Assembly (NCBI RefSeq): GCF_032444005.1
Contig: NC_091289.1
Coordinates: forward strand, 164,486,001 to 164,550,000
Reading direction: 5' to 3'
Source of the DNA: Ranitomeya imitator
Taxonomy: Eukaryota
Length of the DNA: 64,000 nucleotides
Part shown: positions 23,201 to 38,200 of the stretch, piece after piece
Position numbering within the stretch: the first letter of the stretch is position 1
Layout of the letters: the number at the start of each line of letters is the position of its first letter
The notes under the pieces: model-generated
Database searches by the model: none
What the model saw: the letters and a program-made list of their open reading frames with translations, nothing else
What the model was told of the DNA's origin: nothing
Made by a program: the position numbers and the translations under genes

Positions 23201-26200
23201 CCCCATCTCACTCTACCCTTCCACCAGACCTATCCATCAATGTCAATGGCTGCTCACTCTCCCCAGTCCCACACGCCCGGTGCCTCGGGGTGATCCTCGA
23301 CTCTGCCCTCTCTTTCAAGCCACATATCCAAGCCCTTGCCTTCTCCTGCCGTCTCAAACCCAAAAATATTTCCCGGATCCGTGCTTTCCTTGACCGCGAC
23401 ACCGCAAAAACGCTAGTGCATGCCCTTATCATCTCCCGCCTCGACTACTGCAACCTCCTACTCTCTGGACTCCCCTCTAGCACTCTGGCACCGCTCCAAT
23501 CCATCCTACACTCTGCTGCCCGACTAATCTACCTGTCTCCCCGCTATTCCCCAGCCTCTCCCCTATGTCAAGCCCTTCACTGGCTTCCTATCGCCCTGAG
23601 ACTCCAGTTCAAAACCCTCACAATGACATACAAAGCCATCCACAACCTTTCTCCTCCATACATCTGTGACATGGTCTCCCGGTGCCTACCTACACGCAAC
23701 CTCCGATCCTCTCAAGACCTCCTTCTTTACTCCCCTCTCATCTCTTCTTCCCACAACCGCATCCAAGACTTCTCCCGTGCTTGCCCCATACTCTGGAACT
23801 CTCTACCCCAACACATCAGACTCTCGCCTACCATAGAAACCTTCAAAAAGAACCTGAAGACCCACCTCTTCCGACAAGCCTACAGCCTGCAGTGATCCTG
23901 AAGTTACTGAACCGCCACGCAACCTGCCCTACCCTCTCCTAGTGTTTCATCACCCATCCCCTGCAGACTGTGAGCCCTCGCGGGCAGGGTCCTCCCTCCT
24001 TATGTACCCGTGTGCCTATTATCTGCTCATGTTTAATGTATTTGTCTATATTTGCCTCGTATTCACATGTAAAGCGCCATGGAATAAATGGTGCTATAAA
24101 AATGTATAATAATAATAAAATGTGCTTATGTTACAAATTGCTTAGAAACCACAAAAGGTTTAAAACTAAATCGGTCCATATGAAAAAACAAATACACAAG
24201 TTCATTTAAGATAAAAATTTTGCAGCAGTAACTATACTATATAGTTACTAGACAAAATAGTTCTCATTCTCCACTGCAGGTTGGCAAAAGCAGTATGGGT
24301 TTATATAATTATTATGTCTTGCAACCGAGTTTCTTTTCAATTTTTAGACAACTTCTCCAAAGTGATGATTTACGGAGCACTAAGAGTTGATATCACTTTT
24401 TATAGATACTGTTATAATTTATGCACATTTCTTACCAAATTCTGTAGTTTAGTTTTCCTTTCCAAACTCAGATTCAGCTGTGTATCAGCATGCTATTTTA
24501 TATACCAACTTATTCAAAAGTTATTTTCATTCTATTACCCGATATGTAATTTCCATTTTAGGAAAATCATCTTGTTCATTAACTGCACTACAAGTTAAAG
24601 ATCGTTCGGCAGAGTAAGCATTGTTTTCTGTTTTCATTCCATTTTCCTACATTAGCTCTATCGTTTCATTAAATCAATTGGCAAAGTCTTCTCAAAAAAT
24701 AATTACTTATCCAATAGACAATTTTAATTTTCTGGGTTTCATTTGCTTAGAATGGACTGTCCATCTGATTGTATGAAAGACAAATCTCCAGTTTATGGAT
24801 CTGGAACCTACGCATCAGTAAGTTGAAATGTTAAATAAGCGTAAGTACATTGAAAATGTAGCTGTGACTGTGGAAAAAGAACTAGAGGAATGAAGAAATA
24901 AAAATGTAAGAAAAGTTGTATTATTAGATATCTACCTTTTTCCGTAGGTTTCCTCCATGTGCAGAGCAGCTCTTCATGATGGAGTAATAGACAACAAAGG
25001 AGGAAAAATATTTATTGAAAAGGTTAAAGGGCTACCTAGTTATGAAGAAAGCACAAGGAATGGAGTGAAGTCCAATAAATACGGCTCTTCTAAAGAATCA
25101 TTTAGAGTCTATAAGCCAAAGAGTAAACCTTCTGGATGGGAAACTGTGAAGAAACCAGAGCTTACTGATCACACATCAACATTTGAAGCTTTGGAACCCT
25201 CCAAACAAACAGACCCTTTCCATCCTAAAGGAACAGAAGTAAATACTGAATCAGGTGGAAAGAAAACTAAGAAACCGATAGGTAACATTTTTTCATAAAG
25301 TATATTAAAATGCATACTGATAGTCAAAACAAAATACTTCTGTGATAGTAGGAAGTGAAAAAATACACTTATTCCTAAATTAAAGCAAAAAGGCAGTGGC
25401 TACAGAGATTGTAGAAGAATTTATAGGACACCAGCCACTCAAATTCATTGCTGCTCCCAGTATACTCACACAATGACATATTTTAATATATTCTTTAATT
25501 TTACAGTGTGCAATTATTTGCTTTCTCATGAAATGCGGGATATAACACTGCAGCACATGCTTAACATTTTAGTAACATGTAATATAATGAACAACCTGAG
25601 ATCACTCTGATTAGATTAAAATACGTTTTGATCCATTTCATCATCTAGCAAGATATTGAATAGACTGAATGATTAAATCATCTAATTAAAGCATCCATTT
25701 ATTTTAGTGAGGACCAATAATACCATACATACACCAATAAAAACATGCTAGCCAGCCACCATTTCATCTGCAGGTTGAAAATAAATTCGTAAGATTTTTT
25801 TTTCTTTTTTCCTAATAGTTAATGGTCAGTGCTCAACATCTGCCAAACAGTTGGCTGAACCACTTGCAGAGTAAGTTTAACAAGCAGCTAAGGGTCTTTG
25901 CCTTTTGAGATTTTTTCTTGTACCTCTTCTTTTGGTTGCATTCTTCTTACATGTATATGCACCGTTTTTCTAGAGTACTGTGCCCATCTGGCTGCCATAA
26001 ACATCCAAACAATGTGTGGGGTACAGGTTTCTACAACTATGTAAGTTGCCTCTAAAACTGAAAAATATAATCCTCTGTGAACGTGTGTTTGCCATATGTT
26101 AAAGTTCTATGGTATTAAAAGCAATAGTAACAAAATACTCATTTATTTATCTTTCTTTTCGCTTTAGGAATCTTCAATATGTCAAGCAGCAATACATTGG

Positions 26201-29200
26201 GGAATATTGAGTCCAGAAGATAGTAAAGTCATAATAGTGGAAATAATCCCAGGTCAAAAGAGTTATGAACAATCAACCAGGAATGGAATTACATCAAAAT
26301 CATTTGGCGCTTCTCCTTGGTCCTTTAAAGTTAGATTGTCAATTGAAGAACCAGAGGAGCCAGATCGGGAACCATTTAGATTACCAGCAGGTGATTCATG
26401 TCTACTATTTTTCCATAGCATGCAAGAGTTTTATATCAAGAACAATGTGCTTATGTTACAAATTGCTTAGAAACCACAAAAGGTTTAAAACTAAATTGGT
26501 CCATATGAAAAAACAAATACACAAGTTCATTTAAGATAAAAATTTTGCAGCAGTAACTATACTATATAGTTGCTAGATAAAATAGTTCTCATTCTCCACT
26601 GCAGGTTGGCAAAAGCAGTATGGATTTATATAATTATTATGTCTTGCAACCGAGTTTCTTTTCAATTTTTAGACAACTTCTCCAAAGTGATGATTTACGG
26701 AACACTAAGAGTTGATATCACTTTTTATAGATACTGTTAGAATTTATGCACATTTCTTACCAAATTCTGTAGTTTAGTTTTCCTTTCCAAACTCAGATTC
26801 AGCTGTGTGTCAGCATGCTATTTTATATACCAACTTATTCAAAAGTTATTTTCATTCTATTACCCAATATGTAATTTCCATTTTAGGAAAATCATCTTGT
26901 TCATTAACTGCACTACAAGTTAAAGATCGTTCGGCAGAGTAAGCATTGTTTTCTGTTTTCATTCCATTTTCCTACATTAGCTCTATCGTTTCATTAAATC
27001 AATGGTCAAAGTCTTCTCACAAAATAATGACTTATCCAAAAGAAAATTTTAATTTTCTGGGTTTCATTTGCTTAGAATGGACTGTCCATCTGATTGTATG
27101 AAAGCCAAATCTCGAGTTTATGGATCTGGAACCTACGCATCAGTAAGTTGAAATGTTAAATAAGAGCGTAAGTACATTGAAAATGTAGCTGTGACTGTGG
27201 CGAAAAAAAAGACTAGAGAAATAAAGTAAGAAAAATGTAAGAAAAGTTGTATTATTAGATATCTACCTTTTTCCGTAGGTTTCCTCCATGTGCAGAGCAG
27301 CTCTTCATGATGGAGTAATAGACAACAAAGGAGGAAAAATATTTATTGAAAAGGTTAAAGGGCTACCTAGTTATGAAGAAAGCACAAGGAATGGAGTGAA
27401 GTCCAATAAATACGGCTCTTCTAAAGAATCATTTAGAGTCTATAAGCCAAAGAGTAAACCTTCTGGATGGGAAACTGTGAAGAAACCAGAGCTTACTGAT
27501 CACACATCAACATTTGAAGCTTTGGAACCCTCCAAACAAACAGACCCTTTCCATCCTAAAGGAACAGAAGTAAATACTGAAACAGGTGGAAAGAAAACTA
27601 AGAAACCGATAGGTAACATTTTTTCATAAAGTATATTAAAATGCATACTGATAGTCAAAACAAAATACTTCTGTGACAGTAGGAAGTGAAAAAATACACT
27701 TATTCCTAAATTACAGCAAAAAGGCAGTGGCTACAGAGATTGTATAAGAATTTACAGGACACCAGCCACTCATATTCATTGCTGCTCCCAGTATACTCAC
27801 ACAATGACATATTTTAATATATTTTTTAATTTTACAGTATGCAATTATTTGCTTTCTCATGAAATGCAGGATATAATACTGCAGCACATGCTTAACATTT
27901 TAGTAACATGCAATATAATGAACAACCTGAGATCACTCTGATTAGATTAAAATACGTTTTGATCCATTTCATCATCTAGCAAGATATTGAATAGACTGAA
28001 TGATTAAATCATCTAGTTAATTAAAGCATCCATTTATTTTAGTGAGTACCTATAATACCATACATACACCAATAGAAACATGCTAGCCAGCCACCATTTC
28101 ATCTACAGGTTGAAAATAAATTCGTAAGATTTTTTTTCTTTTTTCCTAATAGTTAATGGTCAGTGCTCAACATCTGCCAAACAGTTGGCTGAACCACTTG
28201 CAGAGTAAGTTTAACAAGCAGCTAAGGGTCTCAGCCTTTTGAGATTTTTTCTTGTACCTCTTCTTTTGTCTGCATTCTTCTTACATGTTTATGCACCGTT
28301 TTTCTAGAGTACTGTGCCCATCTGGCTGCCATAAACATCCAAACAATGTGTGGGGTACAGGTTTCTACAACTATGTAAGTTGCCTCTAAAACTGAAAAAT
28401 ATAATCCTCTGTGAACGTGTGTTTGCCATATGTTAAAGTTCTATGGTATTAAAAGCAATAGTAACAAAATACTCATTTATTTATCTTTCTTTTCGCTTTA
28501 GGAATCTTCAATATGTCAAGCAGCAATACATTGGGGAATATTGAGTCCAGAAGATAGTAAAGTCATAATAGTGGAAATAATCCCAGGTCAAAGAAGTTAT
28601 GAACAATCAACCAGGAATGGAATTACATCAAAATCATTTGGCGCTTCTCCTTGGTCCTTTAAAGTTAGATTGTCAATTGAAGAACCAGAGGAGCCAGATC
28701 GGGAACCATTTAGATTACCAGCAGGTGATTCATGTCTACTATTTTTCTATAGCATGCAAGAGTTTTATATCAAGAACAATGTGCTTATGTTACAAATTGC
28801 TTAGAAACCACAAAAGGTTTAAAACTAAATCGGTCCATATGAAAAAACAAATACACAAGTTCATTTAAGATAAATATTTTGCAGCAGTAACTATACTATA
28901 TAGTTGCTAGATAAAATAGTTCTCATTCTCCACTGCAGGTTGGCAAAAGCAGTATGGGTTTATATAATTATTATGTCTTGCAACCGAGTTTCTTTTCAAT
29001 TTTTAGACAACTTCTCCAAAGTGATGATTTACGGAACACTAAGAGTTGATATCACTTTTTATAGATACTGTTAGAATTTATGCACATTTCTTACCAAATT
29101 CTGTAGTTTAGTTTTCCTTTCCAAACTCAGATTCAGCTGTGTGTCAGCATGCTATTTTATATACCAACTTATTCAAAAGTTATTTTCATTCTAATACCCG

Positions 29201-32200
29201 ATATGTAATTTCCATTTTAGGAAAATCATCTTGTTCATTAACTGCACTACAAGTTAAAGATCGCTCGGCAGAGTAAGCATTGTTTTCTGTTTTCATTCCA
29301 TTTTCCTACATTAGCTCTATCGTTTCATTAAATCAATTGTCAAAGTCTTCTCACAAAATAATGATTTATCCAAAAGAAAATTTTAATTTTCTGGGTTTCA
29401 TTTGCTTAGAATGGACTGTCCATCTGATTGTATGAAAGCCAAATCTCCAGTTTATGGATCTGGAACCTACGCATCAGTAAGTTGAAATGTTAAATAAGAG
29501 CATAAGTACATTGAAAATGTAGCTGTGACTGTGGCGAAAAAAAAGACTAGAGAAATAAAGTAAGAAAAATGTAAGAAAAGTTGTATTATTAGATATCTAC
29601 CTTTTTCCGTAGGTTTCCTCCATGTGCAGAGCAGCTCTTCATGATGGAGTAATAGACAACAAAGGAGGAAAAATATTTATTGAAAAGGTTAAAGGGCTAC
29701 CTAGTTATGAAGAAAGCACAAGGAATGGAGTGAAGTCCAATAAATACGGCTCTTCTAAAGAATCATTTAGAGTCTATAAGCCAAAGAGTAAACCTTCTGG
29801 ATGGGAAACTGTGAAGAAACCAGAGCTTACTGATCACACATCAACATTTGAAGCTTTGGAACCCTCCAAACAAACAGACCCTTTCCATCCTAAAGGAACA
29901 GAAGTAAATACTGAAACAGGTGGAAAGAAAACTAAGAAACCGATAGGTAACATTTTTTCATAAAGTATATTAAAATGCATACTGATAGTCAAAACAAAAT
30001 ACTTCTGTGACAGTAGGAAGTGAAAAAATACACTTATTCCTAAATTACAGCAAAAAGGCAGTGGCTACAGAGATTGTATAAGAATTTACAGGACACCAGC
30101 CACTCATATTCATTGCTGCTCCCAGTATACTCACACAATGACATATTTTAATATATTTTTTAATTTTACAGTATGCAATTATTTGCTTTCTCATGAAATG
30201 CAGGATATAATACTGCAGCACATGCTTAACATTTTAGTAACATGCAATATAATGAACAACCTGAGATCACTCTGATTAGATTAAAATACGTTTTGATCCA
30301 TTTCATCATCTAGCAAGATATTGAATAGACTGAATGATTAAATCATCTAGTTAATTAAAGCATCCATTTATTTTAGTGAGTACCTATAATACCATACATA
30401 CACCAATAGAAACATGCTAGCCAGCCACCATTTCATCTACAGGTTGAAAATAAATTCGTAAGATTTTTTTTCTTTTTTCCTAATAGTTAATGGTCAGTGC
30501 TCAACATCTGCCAAACAGTTGGCTGAACCACTTGCAGAGTAAGTTTAACAAGCAGCTAAGGGTCTCAGCCTTTTGAGATTTTTTCTTGTACCTCTTCTTT
30601 TGTCTGCATTCTTCTTACATGTTTATGCACCGTTTTTCTAGAGTACTGTGCCCATCTGGCTGCCATAAACATCCAAACAATGTGTGGGGTACAGGTTTCT
30701 ACAACTATGTAAGTTGCCTCTAAAACTGAAAAATATAATCCTCTGTGAACGTGTGTTTGCCATATGTTAAAGTTCTATGGTATTAAAAGCAATAGTAACA
30801 AAATACTCATTTATTTATCTTTCTTTTCGCTTTAGGAATCTTCAATATGTCAAGCAGCAATACATTGGGGAATATTGAGTCCAGAAGATAGTAAAGTCAT
30901 AATAGTGGAAATAATCCCAGGTCAAAGAAGTTATGAACAATCAACCAGGAATGGAATTACATCAAAATCATTTGGCGCTTCTCCTTGGTCCTTTAAAGTT
31001 AGATTGTCAATTGAAGAACCAGAGGAGCCAGATCGGGAACCATTTAGATTACCAGCAGGTGATTCATGTCTACTATTTTTCTATAGCATGCAAGAGTTTT
31101 ATATCAAGAACAATGTGCTTATGTTACAAATTGCTTAGAAACCACAAAAGGTTTAAAACTAAATCGGTCCATATGAAAAAACAAATACACAAGTTCATTT
31201 AAGATAAATATTTTGCAGCAGTAACTATACTATATAGTTGCTAGATAAAATAGTTCTCATTCTCCACTGCAGGTTGGCAAAAGCAGTATGGGTTTATATA
31301 ATTATTATGTCTTGCAACCGAGTTTCTTTTCAATTTTTAGACAACTTCTCCAAAGTGATGATTTACGGAACACTAAGAGTTGATATCACTTTTTATAGAT
31401 ACTGTTAGAATTTATGCACATTTCTTACCAAATTCTGTAGTTTAGTTTTCCTTTCCAAACTCAGATTCAGCTGTGTGTCAGCATGCTATTTTATATACCA
31501 ACTTATTCAAAAGTTATTTTCATTCTAATACCCGATATGTAATTTCCATTTTAGGAAAATCATCTTGTTCATTAACTGCACTACAAGTTAAAGATCGCTC
31601 GGCAGAGTAAGCATTGTTTTCTGTTTTCATTCCATTTTCCTACATTAGCTCTATCGTTTCATTAAATCAATTGTCAAAGTCTTCTCACAAAATAATGATT
31701 TATCCAAAAGAAAATTTTAATTTTCTGGGTTTCATTTGCTTAGAATGGACTGTCCATCTGATTGTATGAAAGCCAAATCTCCAGTTTATGGATCTGGAAC
31801 CTACGCATCAGTAAGTTGAAATGTTAAATAAGAGCATAAGTACATTGAAAATGTAGCTGTGACTGTGGCAAAAAATAAACTAGAGAAATAAAGTAATAAA
31901 AATGTAAGAAAAGTTGTATTATTAGATATCTACCTTTTTCCGTAGGTTTCCTCCATGTGCAAAGCAGCTCTTCATGATGGAGTAATAGACAACAAAGGAG
32001 GAAAAATATTTATTGAAAAGGTTAAAGGGCTACCTAGTTATGAAGAAAGCACAAGGAATGGAGTGAAGTCCAATAAATACGGCTCTTCTAAAGAATCATT
32101 TAGAGTCTATAAGCCAAAGAGTAAACCTTCTGGATGGGAAACTGTGAAGAAACCAGAGCTTACTGATCACACATCAACATTTGAAGCTTTGGAACCCTCC

Positions 32201-35200
32201 AAACAAACAGACCCTTTCCATCCTAAAGGAACAGAAGTAAATACTGAATCAGGTGGAAAGAAAACTAAGAAACCGATAGGTAACATTTTTTCATAAAGTA
32301 TATTAAAATGCACACTGATAGTCAAAACAAAATACTTCTGTGATAGTATTGTTAAGGACTGGCGGAACGCACCATGTATAGATGGTAAGAAACTAGGTGC
32401 GTTCGCAGTCCGAGGTCCACCGTGCAGGTAAAAGACCCTGCAGCTAGCAAGACGGACAATATGGCGGTACACTAAAGGATACACGCGTGGGTTAAACCTC
32501 ACCCAGCGTGAAGAAAGCGATCCTGTTAATCCACAGGACCGCAGTACCGCACTAGTGCGCGAGCAAGTGGTCAGCGGACTTAACCCCAGAAGGGATTGGA
32601 GCCCGATTAGACCCTTGCTGGCGTAACACCGCAACTGGGTGTGTAGAGAACCTTAAGGAATATAAGTGCACAAGAGTGCGAGCGATGCCGCACTAACGGA
32701 CGCCACTAACCACCCAGACTCGGGTATGGAAAGCGCAAGACAGGCGCACGGCGCCGTACTGGCAGGCACAGCTACAGGACGCTGAGATTTGTTTTTAGTG
32801 CTGTAGGCTAAGTCGGGCGCTAGGTAGCAGCCATACACCTTCCGCGAACAGACATTCAATAGGGAAGGGGTTTCCAAGGACGACTTGCACTCACAACATA
32901 CACACATCAACAATTGTTTGACAATACTAGCGCATGGCCGTGCGGTCATGCGCAGTTTATATAACAGCAGCACAGGAAGTGGCCACAGCACTTTTGCCCT
33001 TCTAGGACCTGCCAAGAGGACCAATGGAATGTGCTGCAGAGCCTGAGCACATGACCCTCGATCTCCAACGGGAGACCTTACGCTGGGCATGCTCAGTACA
33101 TGCAGACAAGGACTTAGTCCCAGAGAAGTCCGCTCGCTGCTGACCAGCACTGACTTTAATGGCAGAGACTGGAGAAGCAGCACTAACTCTCAGAACAGAG
33201 TGAGAATGAGCAAGACGCTGGGACCGACGTCCTTGCTGAGCAGGCTCCACTGCGGCTGGACAAGAATGGGAGACCGCAGCGGAAGTGGCTCGAGATTCCC
33301 CCTGTGCAGAAGCGGGAACTCGACCCCTAACATTACCCCCCCCTCCTAGGGCCCCCCCCTCCTTGGGCCTCGCTACGTTCGAAGACAGCAATGAGCTGCG
33401 GAGCCCGAATGTGCTCCACAGGCTCCCAGGTTCTATCCTCTGGACCATGACCCTTCCAATCCACCAAATAAAATTTTTTGCCACGTACCACCTTGCTTCC
33501 CACAATAGCATTCACCTCAAACTCATCCGTGGATGAACCCGATGTCCCAGCAGATAACTCAGAAAACCGAGACAAACGAACGGGCTTTAAGAGGGAAACG
33601 TGAAAGGTATCGGTGATACCAAGGCGTGGAGGAATGGCCAAACGGTAAACCACAGGGTTGACCTGTTCCAGAACTTTAAACGGGCCAATGTAGCGAGGAG
33701 CAAACTTAGTGGACTCAACTCGCAGCCTGATGTTACGGGCGGAGAGCCACACTAAGTCGCCGGGAGCAAAGACCGGAGCGGGACGCCGGTGTGTATCAGC
33801 CGAAACCCTCATTCTCTCCTTGGAGGCCCGAATGGCATCCTGTGTGCGGTCCCAGATGTCCCGTGCCTCCACCGCCCAGTCTGCCACCCTAGAATCGGTG
33901 GATGACACGGGCATGGGCACAGGAACACGCGGATGCTGGCCGTAATTAAGGAGAAAAGGAGTTTGGCCAGTGGAATCGGCTACGGCGTTGTTCAAGGCAA
34001 ATTCCGCCCAAGGTAGCAAAGATGCCCAGTCATCCTGCCTAGCGGAGACGAAATGTCGCAAATACGTCACCAGAGTCTGGTTGGTTCTCTCCACCAACCC
34101 ATTCGTCTCGGGATGATATGCAGAGGAGAGGTTTAACTCTATGCTGAGCAAACGGCAGAGCTCTCTCCAAAACCGAGACGCGAACTGGGGACCCCGATCG
34201 CTGACAATCTTATCAGGCATACCATGCAATCGAAAAACATGCTTCATGAACAACACCGCCAAGGCCCGTGCTGAGGGTAACCGAGGAAGCGGTACCAAAT
34301 GTACCATCTTAGAGAAATGGTCGGTGACTACCCAAATAATGGAGCAGCCACGCGACTTGGGTAAGCCCACCACAAAGTCCATTCCGACCATCTCCCAGGG
34401 CCTGTCTGCCACCGGTAGAGGGTAAAGCAACCCAGCAGGCCGTTGCCGAGGAGACCGATTCTGGGCGCAAGAAACGCACGCCTGAATATAGTCCTTGACA
34501 TCTCGGACCATATGCGGCCACCAATATGTTCTCGCCAAAAGCTCAGACGTCCTCTTGGTCCCAAAATGCCCACCCACTCTGGAGGAGTGAGCCCAAGAGA
34601 GAACCTCCGGTCGCAAGTTAGCTGGCACGAAAGTCTTGCCCGGGGGCACAGACTCCAGCGAAACCGGAGCTACAGTTCTCAAGCTCTCAGGCGGGACAAT
34701 AAGCCGAGGCTCCTCCTCCTCAGATGACACTACGGAGCGGGAGAGAGCGTCGGCACGAACGTTCTTCTCCCCGGAGAGAAAATGGAGGGTAAAATGGAAC
34801 CGGGAGAAAAACAGGGACCATCTAGCCTGGCGAGAATTTAGCCGCTGGGCCGTCTGTATATACACCAAGTTCTTGTGATCAGTGAAGACTTGGAAGGGAA
34901 AGCGAGCTCCCTCCAAGAGGTGTCTCCACTCTGAAAAAGCCAACTTCATGGCTAGCAACTCCCTGTCCCCGATGGAATAATTCCTCTCCGCTGGTGTGAA
35001 AGTTTTGGAGAAGAAGAAGCAAGGATGCTTCCGACCTTGAGCATCCTTTTGGAAAAGGACTGCTCCAGCACCAACGGATGAGGCATCCACCTCCAAGATG
35101 AATGGTTTATCTACATCGGGGCGATGTAAGATGGGAGCGCTAGCGAAGTGTGACTTAATCGAGAGAAAAGCCTTGGAGACCTCCTCTGACCACAACTTGG

Positions 35201-38200
35201 GATTTGCTCCCTTCTTGGTGAGGGCGACCAAGGGAGCTACCAAAGTTGAGAAGTGTGGAATGAACTGGCGATAGTAATTAATGAACCCCATAAAGCGCTG
35301 CACCGCTTTAAGAGAATGGGGTTCCTGCCAGTCCATTACTGCCTGTAGCTTGGCAGGATCCATAGCCAAACCCTGGGCAGAAATGATATACCCAAGGAAA
35401 GGCAAGGACTCCTGCTCAAACACACACTTCTCCAACTTAGCGTAGAGGGAGTTTGCCCGTAAGAGGTCGAAGACTTTGCGAACATCTCTCCGATGGGAGT
35501 CTATATCTGGAGAGTAGATGAGAATGTCATCCAGATAGACTACGACCGAGGTGGTGAGCATATCCCGAAAGATGTCATTCACAAAGTCTTGGAAAACGGC
35601 TGGGGCATTACAGAGCCCAAAGGGCATCACTAGATATTCATAGTGCCCATCCCTGGTGTTAAAAGCCGTCTTCCATTCATCCCCCTCACGGATGCGAATC
35701 AGGTTGTAAGCACCCCGCAGATCTAACTTTGTAAATACCTTTGCTCCCCGTAGCCTATCAAAGAGCTCAGATATCAGGGGTAATGGGTACTTGTTCTTAA
35801 CGGTAATGGCGTTAAGACCCCTGTAGTCTATGCATGGACGTAAGTCTCCAGTCTTCTTCTGTACGAAGAAGAACCCAGCCCCTGCCGGTGACACTGACTT
35901 CCTAATGAATCCTCTTGCCAGATTCTCCTGAATATACTGGGACATTGCCTCCGTCTCCGGGAGAGATAACGGGTAGACTCGACCCCGGGGAGGCTCAGCA
36001 CCAGGCAAGAGGTCAATAGGACAGTCATAGGGACGGTGAGGCGGAAGAGTCTCCGCAGCTCTTTTGGAGAACACGTCTGCATGGGACCAATAGTGCTTGG
36101 GGAGAGAGGAAAGATCTGCGGGTACCTGTGTAGTAGCAACCTGAACGCACTCCCTCTGACATCTACCCTCACAGGATTTACTCCATCCCAAAATTCTCCC
36201 AGAGGACCACTCAATATGAGGAGAATGGTAGCGAAGCCATGGCATCCCCAACAGGACCTCATCAATTCCCTCAGGAATGACTAATAGGGAGATTATCTCC
36301 TGATGTGATGGAGACACAGACAGCGTGAAAGGAATGGTTTGGTGGGTAATCTGTGAAGGTAGTGTTGACCCATTTACCACTCGAACGGTCACTGGCTGGG
36401 CGAGCATCACCAAGGGTATTGCGTGACGCTGGGCAAAGGCGGAGGACATAAAGTTACCCTCTGCCCCAGAATCCAAGCAAAGCTCGACCGTAAGAGTGGA
36501 TGGGCCTATGGTAATTGTCCCCTTGAAGGACAACTTTGAGGCAAACGTCGCCGTGTCTAGTGTACCTCCTCCAACTGCCACTAGACGCTGACGTTTCCCC
36601 GACCGCTGAGGACTCTTGGAGACAAGACGTCCTGACTGCTGGCAAACATGACGGACCTTATGTGCACGAGCGGACTGAGACTTAGATCCCGCTCGTGTCA
36701 CCTCCAAGGTCTCATGTGACTCAGATGCCTGGACTGGCGATTCCAAAGGTTTGGCGAAGGTAGGAGCCAGCCGAAACCTCTGCCTACACTGGGCTCGTTC
36801 CAACCTCCGCTCGTTAAAACGGAGGTCTATACGAGTAGAAATAGATATTAACTCCTCCAGTGTGGCAGGAATCTCCCTAGTGGCCAGAGCGTCCTTAACA
36901 TGGTCAGCCAGGCCCCTCCAGAATATGGGGATAAGGGCTTTGTCCGACCACTCCAGCTCGGAAGCTAAAGTACGGAATCGGACAGAAAAATGGCTGACCA
37001 AGGACTCACCCTGAGTTAATGCCAGTAGTTGGAGCGCTGTATCATGGGTGAGTTGAGGTCCTAGAAAGACCTTTTTCAGCGTGCCCAGAAACAACGGAGC
37101 ACTCTGCACCACATGATCATCACGCTCCCACAGCGGCGTAGCCCACTCCAACGCCCTGTCCGACAACAGCGAGACAATAAATCCCACCTTAGCCCGCTCT
37201 GTAGGAAAACGTGCAGCCAGGAGCTCGAGGTGGATAGAGCACTGACTCACGAATCCCCTACAAGTTTTGCAATCTCCAGAAAATTTTTCTGGCAACGGGA
37301 GGCGGGATAATGTCGGAACAGGGGTGGCAGTGGACAAGGTTGCTGCCGCCACGCCAGCAGCCTTTACAGCAACTGCGGTAACATCCACAGCTGAGGTTGA
37401 GTTCTCGAGAACCTTCAACCTACCCTCCAACTGCTGGATATACCGCAAAGATTGCTGAATGTCCGCCATACTAGCCAGACCTTGGCGCTAGTATTCTGTT
37501 AAGGACTGGCGGAACGCACCATGTATAGATGGTAAGAAACTAGGTGCGTTCGCAGTCCGAGGTCCACCGTGCAGGTAAAAGACCCTGCAGCTAGCAAGAC
37601 GGACAATATGGCGGTACACTAAAGGATACACGCGTGGGTTAAACCTCACCCAGCGTGAAGAAAGCGATCCTGTTAATCCACAGGACCGCAGTACCGCACT
37701 AGTGCGCGAGCAAGTGGTCAGCGGACTTAACCCCAGAAGGGATTGGAGCCCGATTAGACCCTTGCTGGCGTAACACCGCAACTGGGTGTGTAGAGAACCT
37801 TAAGGAATATAAGTGCACAAGAGTGCGAGCGATGCCGCACTAACGGACGCCACTAACCACCCAGACTCGGGTATGGAAAGCGCAAGACAGGCGCACGGCG
37901 CCGTACTGGCAGGCACAGCTACAGGACGCTGAGATGTGTTTTTAGTGCTGTAGGCTAAGTCGGGCGCTAGGTAGCAGCCATACACCTTCCGCGAACAGAC
38001 ATTCAATAGGGAAGGGGTTTCCAAGGACGACTTGCACTCACAACATACACACATCAACAATTGTTTGACAATACTAGCGCATGGCCGTGCGGTCATGCGC
38101 AGTTTATATAACAGCAGCACAGGAAGTGGCCACAGCACTTTTGCCCTTCTAGGACCTGCCAAGAGGACCAATGGAATGTGCTGCAGAGCCTGAGCACATG

